64,000 nt of DNA. Origin: Fimicolochytrium jonesii (lineage: Eukaryota). Location of the stretch: contig NW_026515686.1 in NCBI RefSeq assembly GCF_025526975.1, positions 1-64,000 on the forward strand, read 5' to 3'. Of the stretch, positions 49,217 through 64,000 are shown piece after piece. A program made the position numbers and the translations under genes. The notes beneath the pieces were generated by a model that was given only the letters and a program-made list of their open reading frames with translations, did not search any database and had not been told where the DNA came from. Position 1 is the stretch's first letter; the number at the start of each line of letters is the position of its first letter.

Positions 49217-50490
49217 CCGATTGGTTCGTCTAGAGAAAGTTATGATACTATTACTATTTAGAACGGATCCCTTCGAAGATATTCCTCTGATGGGTTACGA
49301 GTCTGGGCGGTAATTCCCAGCACCGGCTAATGGGGTGATGCGGATGTGAAGGTCAATGGGAAGCCATGATGATATGCACAGTTTACGCCATCCTTGGCTG
49401 ACACGGCCAATGCACGGCAGAGAAAGGGAACGCGTCGATCACTCCGCTCAATACCCGCCGCAAGCCTCGTTTCAGCACCTCCATTTTCGAGTATTGTTAT
49501 TGGTGGCCGGGATGCATGTATTTTTGGCGAATAGCTGTGCTGTCGTGGCTTACAGACACACACAGACACCCCCATGCTTGCGCTTCCGATTATAACAGCC
49601 GTGGCCTTTTTCTGCGAAAGCAAGCGCGGGTAGTCTTTCGTATTCGGAGGAAGGTGTGACCCCATTCTTTTCCGTGGACCGTCTCGCAACAGCGGGTAGT
49701 GGTGCTTGTTCTGGCAATCAGATCGCAAAGATCATAAAACACTCCATCTGGCTCCGGTACCATGCCTCCCACCCCCGGGGTTCAGTGACAAATCAGGCGG
49801 GTGGTTGGCTCGCGTGCCGGTGGGTTATCTGGTTATCTTAGGTTCTGGCACATCACGCACGGGCCACAACGTTCGATCTTCCCAAGGTTGTGGCCCTGGG
49901 ATCTTCGCAAGACGGCTTGGGTGTTCCTTTTTTTTGGGTTGTCCCAGGGCGATGCCTGTGGTTGGCGACAAACATCAATAAGCTGCCCCGACGTTTCATG
50001 CAAACCTCTGATTATAGACATTGTTCTTTTCGCATTCGGGAAAACAAGGTGCTTATTGTGGGCACGGGTATTCACATCCTGGTCATAAACATAGTACACA
50101 GACAATCATTCTCCGACTCCCCAGAACTCCGCTCGCTGCAGCTTCCGCTAACTAGACGCAGCCACCTCATATATACGACTCGGGGCGGCGCTGGGTCCCG
50201 CCTCTTTGCCCGTCGAGCAAGTTTTCATCCTGTCGAGCTTAGTTTCTCCATCAACGACGGAACGCCCGTAGGCAGCAGTCAAGTCAAAATCGGTCGCGGT
50301 GGTTGTGTAGGTTGAAAGTTGAGTCTCGCTCTCCGTCAGTTCTGTTCCGATTCGCAAAGCACGTCGTCGGTTGTCCACGCAGCGTCGGATTCCACTTCTC
50401 GTCGTTGCAAGTGTAGTGTTCTCGGTCGGCAGCTCCTAGCCTGCGTTTTTCGGTTGCTTGTTCTTCGAGTAGTTTGCGATATCGGCAGCC

Positions 50491-52844
50491 ATGGTCAACG
50501 TCCTGACCGCTCCGCCCGTAATCGGCTCGCCGAATACGGTACCAAAGTCTGCAGCCCATGGGATGCCGCCGACGCCCATCAAGGTTGAAGCCAGTCTCCA
50601 GCTCACTTCATCGACTACCACCGCACCCCTTCCGGCAACCTCTACCTTCCTTCACCGCCGCGAGTCCGATTCTTCTGTACTCAGCACCACCGAGGAAGGC
50701 GGCAGCCGCCGGTCATCGGGCGCATCATCTTTCTTGAACGATGGGTCGAGCTCCGCGGCGTCGTCGTCCAACCTGTGCTGCGTGTTTGAGGAAGTCGATA
50801 CCGAGCAAGTCAGATTTGGGGACCTTTCTCTAACCAGCCCGGCGCCTGTCGCCACGATGGGCGGCGGAGGCGGTGTGATGGATATGGACATATACATGAT
50901 GAATATGAACATTCAGATGCAGCTGCAAATGCACAAGGATGCTGCTACCGCCGCAGCCACTACCGATCCAACACTACCGCCGCAGCAGCAGAGGCAAGCG
51001 TTGCCACTCCCTCACTCAATCCTTCGATCTCACAGCTTTGAGTCCCTCGTTACGAGTGGATCCCTGACGGCTGGCCCCATGGCTCACCAGAACTCGCCGC
51101 GAGTCCGCCACGCGCCGATGGCGAGACGTGCTTCCGCCGCCGCACTGCATCCTATCGTAGTCCCAACCCTCTCTGTACCCGTATCAGGCCCGATGCAGGC
51201 ATCGCAGGATCCGCAACAACAACAACAGCAACAACCGTCACAATACCAACACCCGATGACTCCCTACCCTCGAATGACGAGGCGGAAATCGAACCACATC
51301 AGCTCGACCCCGACCGTTGCAGGCAGAGTTGACCTACCACATCTCAACACCGAATTCACTTCAACGAAGCCGTCAATGCGCCGTTCATCCTTTGTTGGCA
51401 GCGAGACGTACGCAATGGGGCGCCGCGGCTCCGCGGTCTCCGCCGGTGTCGGTACTACACCTACGCTGAATCGATCACACTCGCAATTCAATATTAACAC
51501 CTACGGCATCCCCAACCATGGTCCGGCGACGCCGCCGACCTCAAACATGGCAACCGCATACCATCCGTACAACGGCTACCGCCAAGGCCGCAAGCGCTCG
51601 CTGGATCACGGCACCATTCTCCATCAAGCGGCCCCCAAGTCGAGCGGCGAGACGTACACGCAATACCCGGCGCAGATGTACCTTCCCATGTCGGCGGGTC
51701 CGATGCACCATCCAGGCGCGATGACTATGCTCCAACGCCGGTTCTCAGTGCCGTTCATGCCGGACATGAGCGCATTGCCAGGAACGCAGCAGCATCTCCA
51801 CCTGCAGATGTACTACCCGGAGGAAGTGACATCCGCGCCTTTGTACCATCAGCTCACCGCCCCCTACATCCACGACGGAATGCACACACCGCTAATCTCG
51901 CTATCTTCCCCATTCGACGATGCGTCCACACCTACTCCGCCACCGAACTCAGCGCTGTCGACGATCTGCACTCCGACACCCACCGGTGGCATGTACAACA
52001 TGGACACCAATTCCGGCTACCTCGGCTCGCCCGCATTGGCATCCGCCGCCGACGGACCATTCGATCCTTCGTCAGTTTTTGCAGTCCCATCACCGCTGCC
52101 CATTGAGAAGTGGGACATGATATCAACTGGTGTTCTCTCCGCGGCGTCTTATGAAGACCACCACCACCATAATGCGCTCGGGCTCGATTCTGCGACATCA
52201 ACCGCCCTGTTCTCGCCGGATAAGATGTTGACGGATGGTTGGGGCGACGGGTATTGCTGGAACATAACGTCGGCGACGACGAGCGCTACAATCTCGGCAG
52301 GTGGGGTTACCGCGGACGACCATGGCGGCGCCGCGTGCCCACCGCTTCTGTACGAGAGCGGCGAGGAAGTTGGAGCGACGAGGGGCGACGGCTACTACTA
52401 CGGTGAGGAGGAGGAAGATGAAGACTATGCGCGGGCTCGCCATGACGCTATGGGCAAAGAAACGCACACGTGCGACGCCAATGGATGTGGGATGACGTTC
52501 GACACCGAGACGAGCTTCAACGCCCACGTCAAAATGCATGCACCGCCGGCGACGCGCCAGCAACAACAGGTGGATCGTCGCTCACATGTCTGCGAAGTTT
52601 GCCAGGTATGGTTATTCTGCTTCTCGGCGATTTTCGCCGTCGTCCTGTTACGGCAACGGTTCTGATCCTTTTTTTCTCTTCCCATCTCACCCCACAGCGT
52701 GCATTCGTTCGTCGCCAAGATCTTAAACGCCACTCAGCAACGCACTCCGCGACTTTCAAGCCATTTAACTGCTACAACTGTGCGACCACTTTCACCCGTT
52801 CTGATGCCTTGCACCGCCATATCAAGGCCAGGCGCTGTCTGTGA
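50491..52844 (+). CDS. C2H2 zinc-finger transcription factor (3 fingers); exons 50491-52605, 52698-52844
   Basis: CDANGCGMTF...H...H; CEVCQ|RAFVRRQDLKRHSATH; CYNCATTFTRSDALHRH. Intron 52606-52697. Long S/Q/P-rich N-terminus with RRxS motifs. Confidence 0.9.
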
Positions 52845-53917
52845 GCGCAATTCCATCATGGGCGGTCTCACCGCCCTCTATGCCGTATGACGCATCATAC
52901 CGGCCACGCTTCTCACGAGTCGGTATATCACCCGCCGTGGATGGGGATTCTCATCTCATTGCTCTGGGATCTTCACTCAATATCTTTTTTGGAAATCTTC
53001 TTGGACCCATCACCTCCCCCTCGCATCCCGACATCGGGGGAAAGTTTTCAGGACATTTCTCGCAGGACATTCCTTTTTGGATCCGTTTTTTGGGCGGCGT
53101 ACATATAGATCGAGCTCTAGTTCCATGTCGCATCTCGGCGCATATCCCGCACACTCTGTCACACGTCTTCGGCGTATTGCACTTCCCACCCATACACCTG
53201 TTGCCTAGCTCAGTCCCCGCAGAATGCTTTTTCTTCCTGGAAAGTTGCCGTTTTTTTTTCGTATAGATGTTCGCATTCATGGCATTTCAGCCTGTAGCTG
53301 TACTGTATATCCCTTCGAATGCACGCCTACTCCTTCGGGACCGGCTTGGTCTGAATGAACGAAGTTATGCATAGACGGCAACACCTGACGAAGAGTCAGT
53401 TCAGAAAATATAAGGTGGTAGCACTCGTAGCACGACTGTTTGCCGAGATACGCCTCAGGGGTTCGGCCGAGCCATTAGAGCGGGCGACGTGCCAGAACAA
53501 TGTAAAAGTTCAATAGAGTAAATGTGCTGGTGGAACTATTCAATCCACCGTGTGCTTTATGCAGGGCCTTCCAAAAAAACATATTTGCGCCAATGAGAGA
53601 ACCAATTACGTACAACAAAACAATCTCAGTATGTAACACACAAGCAACCCGTCGCCATGTTGATTGATGCGCCGGCTTGGATTCACCTACCAATCTTGCC
53701 ACCAACACAGTTCGTCAATCCATTAGCATCGCGACAATCGTGCAGTCCATGGTAGGGGTTGTTACGGGCCGAGGCGGCAACACGAGCAAGAGGTGATTGT
53801 GCTTTAGCACTATGATGTGGTAGTAGTGATAGCTTGTTGTGGACGGATACTAGTAGTATCCATCGACTACATGCTTCTTCGCTTGGGGCTTTTTTTCGGA
53901 CCGGAGAGGACGGGATA

Positions 53918-56974
<3,057 letters not shown>

Positions 56975-57206
56975 CACTGTGAGACGCGGAGAAGCGATAG
57001 AATGTTTCCGAGCGCAATGCAAACGACTCCTTAGCAAGACAAGGTTCGCAGCAGATAAAGCCTCAACCTCGCCTGTAGCAAGTTACCGCTATTGCTTTCC
57101 TGGTATCAACACACGAGTCGCCTTACGAGCAATCGGCTCGGAGAAGGCAAGATTGTGCATGCAGTATTCATGACATCGATGTCTCTAACCCTATGCGCGT
57201 CATGTG

Positions 57207-57827
57207 TTACAAGTCACGCTTCGCTCCCCTTCTGCTCCGCACACTTTCCACATTCGCACACAAAATTCCGTACTTCTTGAGCGCATGTCGTCGATCTTGT
57301 CCGCTCAACATAAGCAAGCGCGTGTCCAAGAAGTTGTAGGCTTGCTCCCGCAACCAACGGCGGACGAGATCTTGTTGCAGCGGATAGGAGTGTTCCGCCG
57401 AAGGGCTTAGTACCGTGAGGAGAGCCCTCTTGGCATCGAGTACGTCTTCTTGCGTAGTCAACACTTGGGGAAAGTCCCCGGGAAGCTCGCGATTCCTGGC
57501 TATGGCGGAGCCCTTCTCCAGAAGCTGTGCCCACAGCTCCTCATTGAAGACCAGGTGTTCCAGGTGTTCCACGTACACGACGTCATTATCCTCAGACATC
57601 GGCTCATGAGGAGGACCATCGCTTGTCATGGCTTGTAAGCGTTGAAGAATATCGTCGTCGTCGTCGTCGTCGTCGTCATTATCGTCATTATCGTCAGCTT
57701 CGCCATCTTGGTCTTCCTGGGATTCGTCCGTGGAGTTCACGTCTGCCGAACCCTCGCGTGCAATCTCAGGCAAGAGAAACGCAGGCCCACACTTCAGCGC
57801 GGCCCACACCTCTAACGACGTTTTCAT
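57207..57827 (-). CDS. Hypothetical acidic protein (poly-Asp tract)
   Basis: Open frame of about 206 aa with a protein-like helical C-terminal half. No family recognised. Confidence 0.35.
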   Translation of the reverse strand: MKTSLEVWAALKCGPAFLLPEIAREGSADVNSTDESQEDQDGEADDNDDNDDDDDDDDDILQRLQAMTSDGPPHEPMSEDNDVVYVEHLEHLVFNEELWAQLLEKGSAIARNRELPGDFPQVLTTQEDVLDAKRALLTVLSPSAEHSYPLQQDLVRRWLREQAYNFLDTRLLMLSGQDRRHALKKYGILCANVESVRSRRGAKRDL

Positions 57828-58572
57828 GGCCAAGATCGGAAGCGCCACTCGTGACAATGATGGAGTCATTTGTCGCATGAAACTGGCTGCAGATCAACGC
57901 CTCTTTTTGGTGACGAACGATGGTCAAGAGGAGGTATTCAAGAATCGTCAATTCAACAACGCGTCGCCACCGGCATGGTTGTTGATCAGGAGCCGGGCGG
58001 ATACCCATGCCGACAGATTCGAAAGCCTTCTCTTAGAACTTTGGCTCTATCGCTATATCCAAACGAATGGGGAGATTACCACGTTCACATGGCCGGACGC
58101 ATATCGCTCAGGGTCGGATACCGTCGACAAGGAATACGCCTGTGTCGAGAGAAAGATGATCCAGTCGGGGCTGGATACAAGACTGCTCGGGAAGAGAAGG
58201 GTAGTAAAGAAAAGGCGCATATCGGAGAATATGGATACGAATACGAGTGGATCACCAGGTTCTAAGAGACCTAAGATCACAGCTACGGAAGCTAAGGCGG
58301 AAAAGGAGGAGGCCGTGTGGAATCTGCTGAAGACGCTACCTAACTCTGAGGGTAGTGTGTGTAGGTTGTACGATGAGCTCGTCAACCGTGCTTGGCGTAT
58401 CTCTTGGGCAGATGGCGACTTCATCTATGATAATAACAAGCTGGAGAAGAACGTGAAAGAGTGGTTGGCGAAGAAACTCACCGACTTAGAACGGAAGAAA
58501 AAGGTTGTTGAGAGAGGGGTTTTAGGGGTGCGTGGCAAGTTTAACTATATCTATAGGGCCGTGACCGGCTGA
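57826..58572 (+). CDS. Hypothetical protein with NLS-like basic segment and possible C-terminal winged-helix-like domain
   Basis: Open frame of 248 aa: KRRVVKKRR; EEAVWNLLKTL...LYDELV...LAKKLTDLERKKKVVERG...YIYRA. Confidence 0.45.
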   Translation: MAKIGSATRDNDGVICRMKLAADQRLFLVTNDGQEEVFKNRQFNNASPPAWLLIRSRADTHADRFESLLLELWLYRYIQTNGEITTFTWPDAYRSGSDTVDKEYACVERKMIQSGLDTRLLGKRRVVKKRRISENMDTNTSGSPGSKRPKITATEAKAEKEEAVWNLLKTLPNSEGSVCRLYDELVNRAWRISWADGDFIYDNNKLEKNVKEWLAKKLTDLERKKKVVERGVLGVRGKFNYIYRAVTG

Positions 58573-59139
58573 AGGTCAAAGGGTGGGAGACCCCGGGCCT
58601 TCTTTCCCCTGTACTTTGTCTTGTGTAACCTTCTGTCACTCGCACCTCCTCAAAGGAATAAAAGCCGGCCCTCGTAACACGCTCCCTCCGTTGAACGTTC
58701 GTACGCTAGCCGTGTTTGGAATACTGGTGGCGGCGTGCGGAGTGGCCTGGGGTCTCACCCTTATTCTCAAGGCTTGCTCAAAGACGGTCCTATCATAGAC
58801 GTCCGCTAGCAGACGAGTGTCCACGACATTTTCACCGAGTTTGAAACCCGCGTCAGGGTGCTGCAGACGCAGTCGCAAGGTCGCGGTGCTGCGTAATCAT
58901 TCCGGTTGCCACGCTTTCTTCCCATACCGCGCCGGCTGGAAAACACGCCAAACAACGTGTCGCGATAAGGCATCGTTATTGGATTATTTGAATTGGATCC
59001 AACAAGCACGCAGCTTCTACAAAGACTTTCCCGAGCGACGCTAACCCTAACCATGTCCTTGCTGTAAAATCGTCATGTATTAGGGGGTTCGGCGTGCGAA
59101 AGGGAAGGTTGCCCGACTTATCATAGACTAAATTCTCCG

Positions 59140-59440
59140 GCGCACGTCTGCGCCGTGCTTAATCAGACATTCCACCACCGAAAGTAGGTGGCCGTTGCTC
59201 GAGGCATTTCGCAGCGCGTAGTCGTCCTCGGCGTGCACGTCCGCTCCACCAGCAGACATTCGACAACCGAGACGTGACCGTTTTTCGAAGCCTGTCGCAG
59301 CGCGAAGTCGTCGTCTGCCGTGATCTCTGCCCAGCAATACCACAGGAGGAATACCGGCCCCTCAACGGCTCAATGCGTGCACTTTCGCGCCATTGTTCAG
59401 CAGATATTCGACAACCGAGACGTGACCATATCCAAAAGCC
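59140..59440 (-). pseudogene. Ankyrin-repeat pseudogene fragment
   Basis: GHVSVVEYLLNNGAKVHA, AEITADDDFALRQASKNGHVSVVECLL and GADVHAEDDYALRNASSNGH...VVECLIKHGADV are separated by frameshifts. 27-bp direct repeat at 59253 and 59401. Confidence 0.8.
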
Positions 59441-59728
59441 CATCGCAGGGTAAAGAGGAGACACTACATTACACGGAGATGCTGGTGCTCTGCATCCTGA
59501 TTGACTTCTTCGTTGCGACCGAACCCAACCGATTGGAAGCAAACCCATCAAGCGTTCGTAGTTGACGTTCGGGAAAGATTGCTGGAAGCTATCGGTGGGA
59601 TTGGGCATGATTTGCGGAAATTCGCTGAAATTCGACGTGCAAAACCCGCAGCTCTCTAAAGCCCATGTGCAAAATGATGAACTCGTTTACACTGTTGTAA
59701 TACGCTTTTATTATAGTGTACGAGAAAG

Positions 59729-60490
59729 CTACTGGGATGGCTCGATTTCAGCCCTGTCGAATTCACTGACCGCTTGGATGGTCTTACGGAGCACATCCTT
59801 CAGCGGTCTCAGATCGGGTGGAAAGGCTAAGTGTTCTAACGCAGCGATGGCGGCTTCCGAAGTCTCATTCTCGGCGCGGTGGAAGGTGATGTTGCTGTTT
59901 TCCTTCATATGGAGCACCGCCTGGAGCTCGTCCAGCGTCAGATTGTGCGTCGCCAGGATGGCCTTCAAAGCGTCGGTGACGACGCACTGGGGTGCCGGTT
60001 TTCCTCGTCGGAGAGCTTCCGCTTTCGTCTTCTGCTCTTTGCGAATGTCCTTGGCTATCTGTCCCCACAGCGAGTAGTTGCGACCCACAAATTTCTCACT
60101 GAGGACATCGGTCAAATAGTCCCGAAGGTCGCCGACCCAGTCTCGGTATTTGGCATAGATTTGCACACGAGCTTCTCCATACTCGAAGGCTGTGTTGATT
60201 TCGTCGAGGAGCTTCAAAATGATGTCGTTGTGCTGGGACTGCTGGCGCAGGATGTCGAACATGCGCTCGGTGACATTCTGTAGCTCAGTGATCGAGTCCC
60301 CAGCATCGTCCCACAACGCTCGCACTTCCGAGGTCATGTTTGCCGCTTCGACAGCTATATCTTCCAGCAAGACCTTGACCAACGGTTCGATTCGCTGCTC
60401 ATGACTCTGTTTCGCCCGTTCGATAGCATCTGCGAGTTCCTTACTGCGGCTGCGTATGTTGCTGATGCGGAGACCGAACCTTGGTCCCAT
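59729..60490 (-). CDS. All-helical protein: N-terminal coiled coil plus possible HEPN-like C-terminal domain; may have an upstream exon (donor near 60603)
   Basis: 253-aa open frame: KYRDWV...W...LTLDELQAVLHMKENSNITFH...FPPDLRPLKDVLRKTIQAV. Confidence 0.55.
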   Translation of the reverse strand: MGPRFGLRISNIRSRSKELADAIERAKQSHEQRIEPLVKVLLEDIAVEAANMTSEVRALWDDAGDSITELQNVTERMFDILRQQSQHNDIILKLLDEINTAFEYGEARVQIYAKYRDWVGDLRDYLTDVLSEKFVGRNYSLWGQIAKDIRKEQKTKAEALRRGKPAPQCVVTDALKAILATHNLTLDELQAVLHMKENSNITFHRAENETSEAAIAALEHLAFPPDLRPLKDVLRKTIQAVSEFDRAEIEPSQ

Positions 60491-60775
60491 GTTGCTGAGT
60501 TGGGCTGAACACCTTCGCTGCCCTGTATAACTAAACAAGAGAAGTGGGGCTAGCGTTCAATTTCTGCAGCACATTTGACCACAAGTCGACAAGGATGTCT
60601 CACCAAAGTCCGGTTTGTCAAGCGAGCCGATAGCCTCCAGGACGTCTTCGGCGAGTGCTTTGGTGTTTATGTCCTGACGCCTGACTTCAATTGCCCCGTT
60701 GAGTGGGGCAGTCACGCGTAAGCCCCTTCCAAAAACGTCACGTGTATTTGATACTTGTATGACACGCGGCCCAAA

Positions 60776-60796
60776 GGTTAGGGTTAGGGTTAGGGT
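60776..60796. repeat. Interstitial telomeric repeat (TTAGGG)3
   Basis: GGTTAGGGTTAGGGTTAGGGT. Confidence 0.85.
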
Positions 60797-62485
60797 ATCT
60801 GCACATCCAGTTTTCGCTCTTTGGCGTTTTGGAGAAACTGCGTGATCTCTGCCTCATTCGATTGGAGTTCGAAACCTGTTCCGTCAGGATCTCTATACCA
60901 CAGCACAGAATCTTTCGTTCGCAGATCTCAGCGGCGACGACTGTAGATTAATTTTGACTCCCAAGTCACAACCTTGCACACGTTTTCGAACATCTCTCGA
61001 GAATCCGCCGCGCCGGTCGGCAGTGTCTTTAGACTGATCCAGACGCCCGAGTTACCCGAGTTACCCACGACGGGCCACCGCGCTGTCGTAATCGATGACT
61101 GAATGCAGGCAGATGCGAGCGACGGAGATTGGGACTGAATGGCGGCAGATCGTTGGGCAGTTGGTGAACAGCTTCCTCGAGCACAAACACGGCTACGGCC
61201 TTTGTACGCTCCAGCCGACCCTGCCATAACCATCAACAAGCGAACTCGACAGCCGCCATCTCGAGCTTCGTCCACATGACCGACCGACGGGCGGACGGCG
61301 AGGCGAGCTGCATCACGGCGAAAATCCACCGGCGAAAATCACAGCGAATCACAGCGGACCCAAAGTCATGTTGGAGACTGGGGCCGTCAATAGAAGGGAG
61401 GTGATGAAAGGAAGTGCCATATCTGGGAGCGGATATGGCAGGTGACAGCAGCTCGTCATCGCCATAAGGGGATAGGGCTTCGGCGGGGGTGATTTTGAGG
61501 AAGCCTAGCGCCAGGGGGATTTGTGAAACGCCGAACCGAGCTGAAAGCGCTTACCGGATCCGGAGTCTGTGGTCCGTCTCTCCATGGAAAGCCGCCTTGG
61601 CCGAATCACTCTGTTCCGGGACCATCGGGATATCCGTCGCCCCTCGGTACTTCGCACACATCCCGCTCAACGATATTTCTGACGCGCTCAGGATGTCCAG
61701 ATTTCCTGGGACTCACTCCGGATCGGCGGGAGGGGATGGAGTGGGCGACAACATTCTGGTCTGGGCCGGCGGAATGAGTGTTCGATGTCACTAATGGGAT
61801 GTATAGGTTCGGTGACCAGACTCTTCAGCGCGCTGGTGAAGGGCATGCATAGTACGACTCACGAAACGGATTCCATGCGTGGTAGCGAGGACGCGCTCTC
61901 TTCTCGTGTATGTACTTATTCTCCGATAAAATGGCTTAGAGAATCCTCCGGATTGGACACCCTAGGCCCGGACGGAACGCATCTCTCGACAAGCGGGGTG
62001 AACCTGAGCTTTGGTGCTTGAAGGCTCCACGTGGAAGAAATGCTGGGACTAGGCACAGTATGGCCATGACAGGTATACATCAATCGCCACGTTGACAAAG
62101 ACGAGCCATGAAAGTCGTATGCAAGGACGCTCAGGGAATGCGCATCCAAGTATATATAAGTTGTATATAAATTATTACACTGTACAAAATTGGGATTGAA
62201 TCAGATACAGACAACTCTTGTCGTTCGTGTTCCGAGTTCAGCGCGCAAGCTAGCCTGTGTGGTGGTGGGAGACGGAATGACCCGCTAGCGTGAAGTATTG
62301 TCTCTGATCATCCGAGCCGCGATGTTATCACGGCTCCGCAACCTTGAGATACGCCGACTGTCAAGTACCAGGATCCACAAGGGTGGATATTCCAGCACGA
62401 GTAGACAGTGGTACAGCGGGTTGCGCCGGCTACTTGTTGTTGGTGTATACTTCGGGCACCAAGTTAGGTCGAGGGTGTGTTCTTG

Positions 62486-64000
62486 TTATACACGATCAAT
62501 GGCACCAGCTTCGTAAGCTAATTCCTCATCTTCGGTTGTAATATCCGCGATACCGAACAGTGTGCGTTCAGAGTCGAGCGTGCGTTCAGAGTCAAGCGGA
62601 TGCGATCGTGGCAAGCTGCCGTTAACAACGGCCAACGGCGGTGGATGTATATCTGTAGCTGAATCCTTCTCCTCCTCCTCCTTGGCATTCTCCTCATCCC
62701 TGACCTTTGGACTCGTGTCCGCGCCTGCGTTCTTATCTTCCCGCGTCACTCCGTTGATCCTGTCAAGGAACTCGGCGGCCTCCGACGCGTACTTGCACCG
62801 GGTGCGGATCGATGCTCCGTACTTCCAGAAGAGGTACGGGAATGGCATACAGACCAGAGCCAAGAATGCGGGAATCGATGACGCCCAGTGGATACCCAGA
62901 CTCTGATAGATGTCGGCTGTGAATAGTGGCATGATGGCCGCGAAAATCGATCGCAAGACGGCAGCGGAAGCCAGAACACCTGGTGGGGTTGGGTGAGGAC
63001 GAAAACAGCAGGTGAGAAAAACGCTTTGGAATATCGTCGATTGGCAAAAGAAAGAATACATACTCGCCGCGTAGATGACATAACTGTCAATCAAGTAGTT
63101 CATGCATGCCAAGAAAACCAGAACCATGCCGAAACCGAAGGGAATTGACGCGGAGATCGGGATGGCCCAGTGAAGAGAAGGGTCATTGCCCCACGCAAAC
63201 CAAAAGAGGCCCACGGGAATGGCCACTGCCCCAACTATAGCAGGCGGTAGCCGTGCCTCTGGCGCCGCCCTACCGCCTTTGTTCATGGCGATGTACCGCT
63301 TGTTGTCAATGAGAACGTACGTAACTAATGGTGAATAAAAGCTGAATGAGGTGACTAGACAAGAGTGCTCGTGCGGAGAGGTCGACAGAAACATACCAGC
63401 GAAAACCATGCCGATGGCAATTCCGATGAAAGCCAGCCCGCCGATACCACCGCTCCATCCGCGCCCGCGTTGGAACACGATGGGGAAAGCACCGAACATC
63501 AAGTACAGCGTCATGTACACGATTGCCAAATAGATGGACAGAATGAAGACGATCGGCTCGCGAAACAATAGGACCCACGGGCGAGACAGACTCGTCTTCA
63601 TGAGCTTGCCGAAGCGGAAAGGTTCTTTGCCGTCGTATTTTGATTTGTAAACCATGCCGGTGGTTAGAGATAAGATCTTTGCACGCTTCCGAAGGAGGAC
63701 CGGCGCATATGTCTCGGGCAGGAACAGTGTGCCAACGAGAAACATGACTCCCGTGAAGATCGTCATGATCCAGTGAACCCACCGCCAGCCAATTGAGTCG
63801 CCAGCGAAGCCGCCGACGATAGGACCAATGACGGGTCCGAGGAAAGGGGCGGCTAAATAAGGGGATCGGATGTGAGCAATCTGAATATGTCATCGCGAAA
63901 CGGGATTATGATCAACTCACCAGCAAAGATGGCCATCGCGACACCACGCTGGTCAGCGTGGAAGATATCGGCGATGGTGCCTCCGGCATTCGTCAGCGGA
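62486..64000 (-). CDS. MFS multidrug/polyamine transporter (DHA1, TPO-like), 5' end outside the window; introns 63853-63920, 63325-63396, 62980-63063
   Basis: AGGTIADIF...RGVAMAIFAAAPFLGPVIGPIVGGF, WRW, LPETYAPVLL, RPWVLLFREPIV, PEARLPP, NYLIDSY, LRS. Confidence 0.95.

Noticed and set aside
50491..52844. Assignment of the C2H2 factor as Crz1
   Set aside because: The fingers resemble Crz1-like recognition helices, but the similarity is not specific enough for a gene symbol.

Overview
Eukaryotic, intron-containing fungal-type DNA with GT-AG introns, CTRAC-like branch points and TTAGGG repeats. An early-diverging fungus such as a chytrid is plausible from gene content, but this is inference. 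The window alternates between conserved genes and accessory segments. Conserved genes: pyroglutamyl peptidase I, zeta-crystallin-type quinone oxidoreductase, FAD monooxygenase, trypsin, actin, LEU5-like CoA carrier, a C2H2 transcription factor, PFK-2/FBPase-2, a DHA1-type MFS transporter and three tRNAs. Accessory segments: a complete but decayed 4.6-kb PIF/Harbinger transposon, two MITEs, a PD-(D/E)XK-like nuclease ORF, BNR_4-like and ankyrin pseudogenes, zinc-finger orphans, a HEPN-like ORF and interstitial telomeric repeats. Three observations stand out. (1) A family of compensatorily varying mini-hairpins (CGA-NN-GN(N)A-N'N'-GAG) is packed, mostly in sense orientation, into the unusually long introns of three unrelated housekeeping genes. 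(2) The Harbinger element carries a third, spliced cargo gene with CUE-like and SIM-like motifs. (3) Telomeric repeats sit at the borders of accessory segments and inside a MITE. Family assignments come from motif recognition only; no database searches were run.
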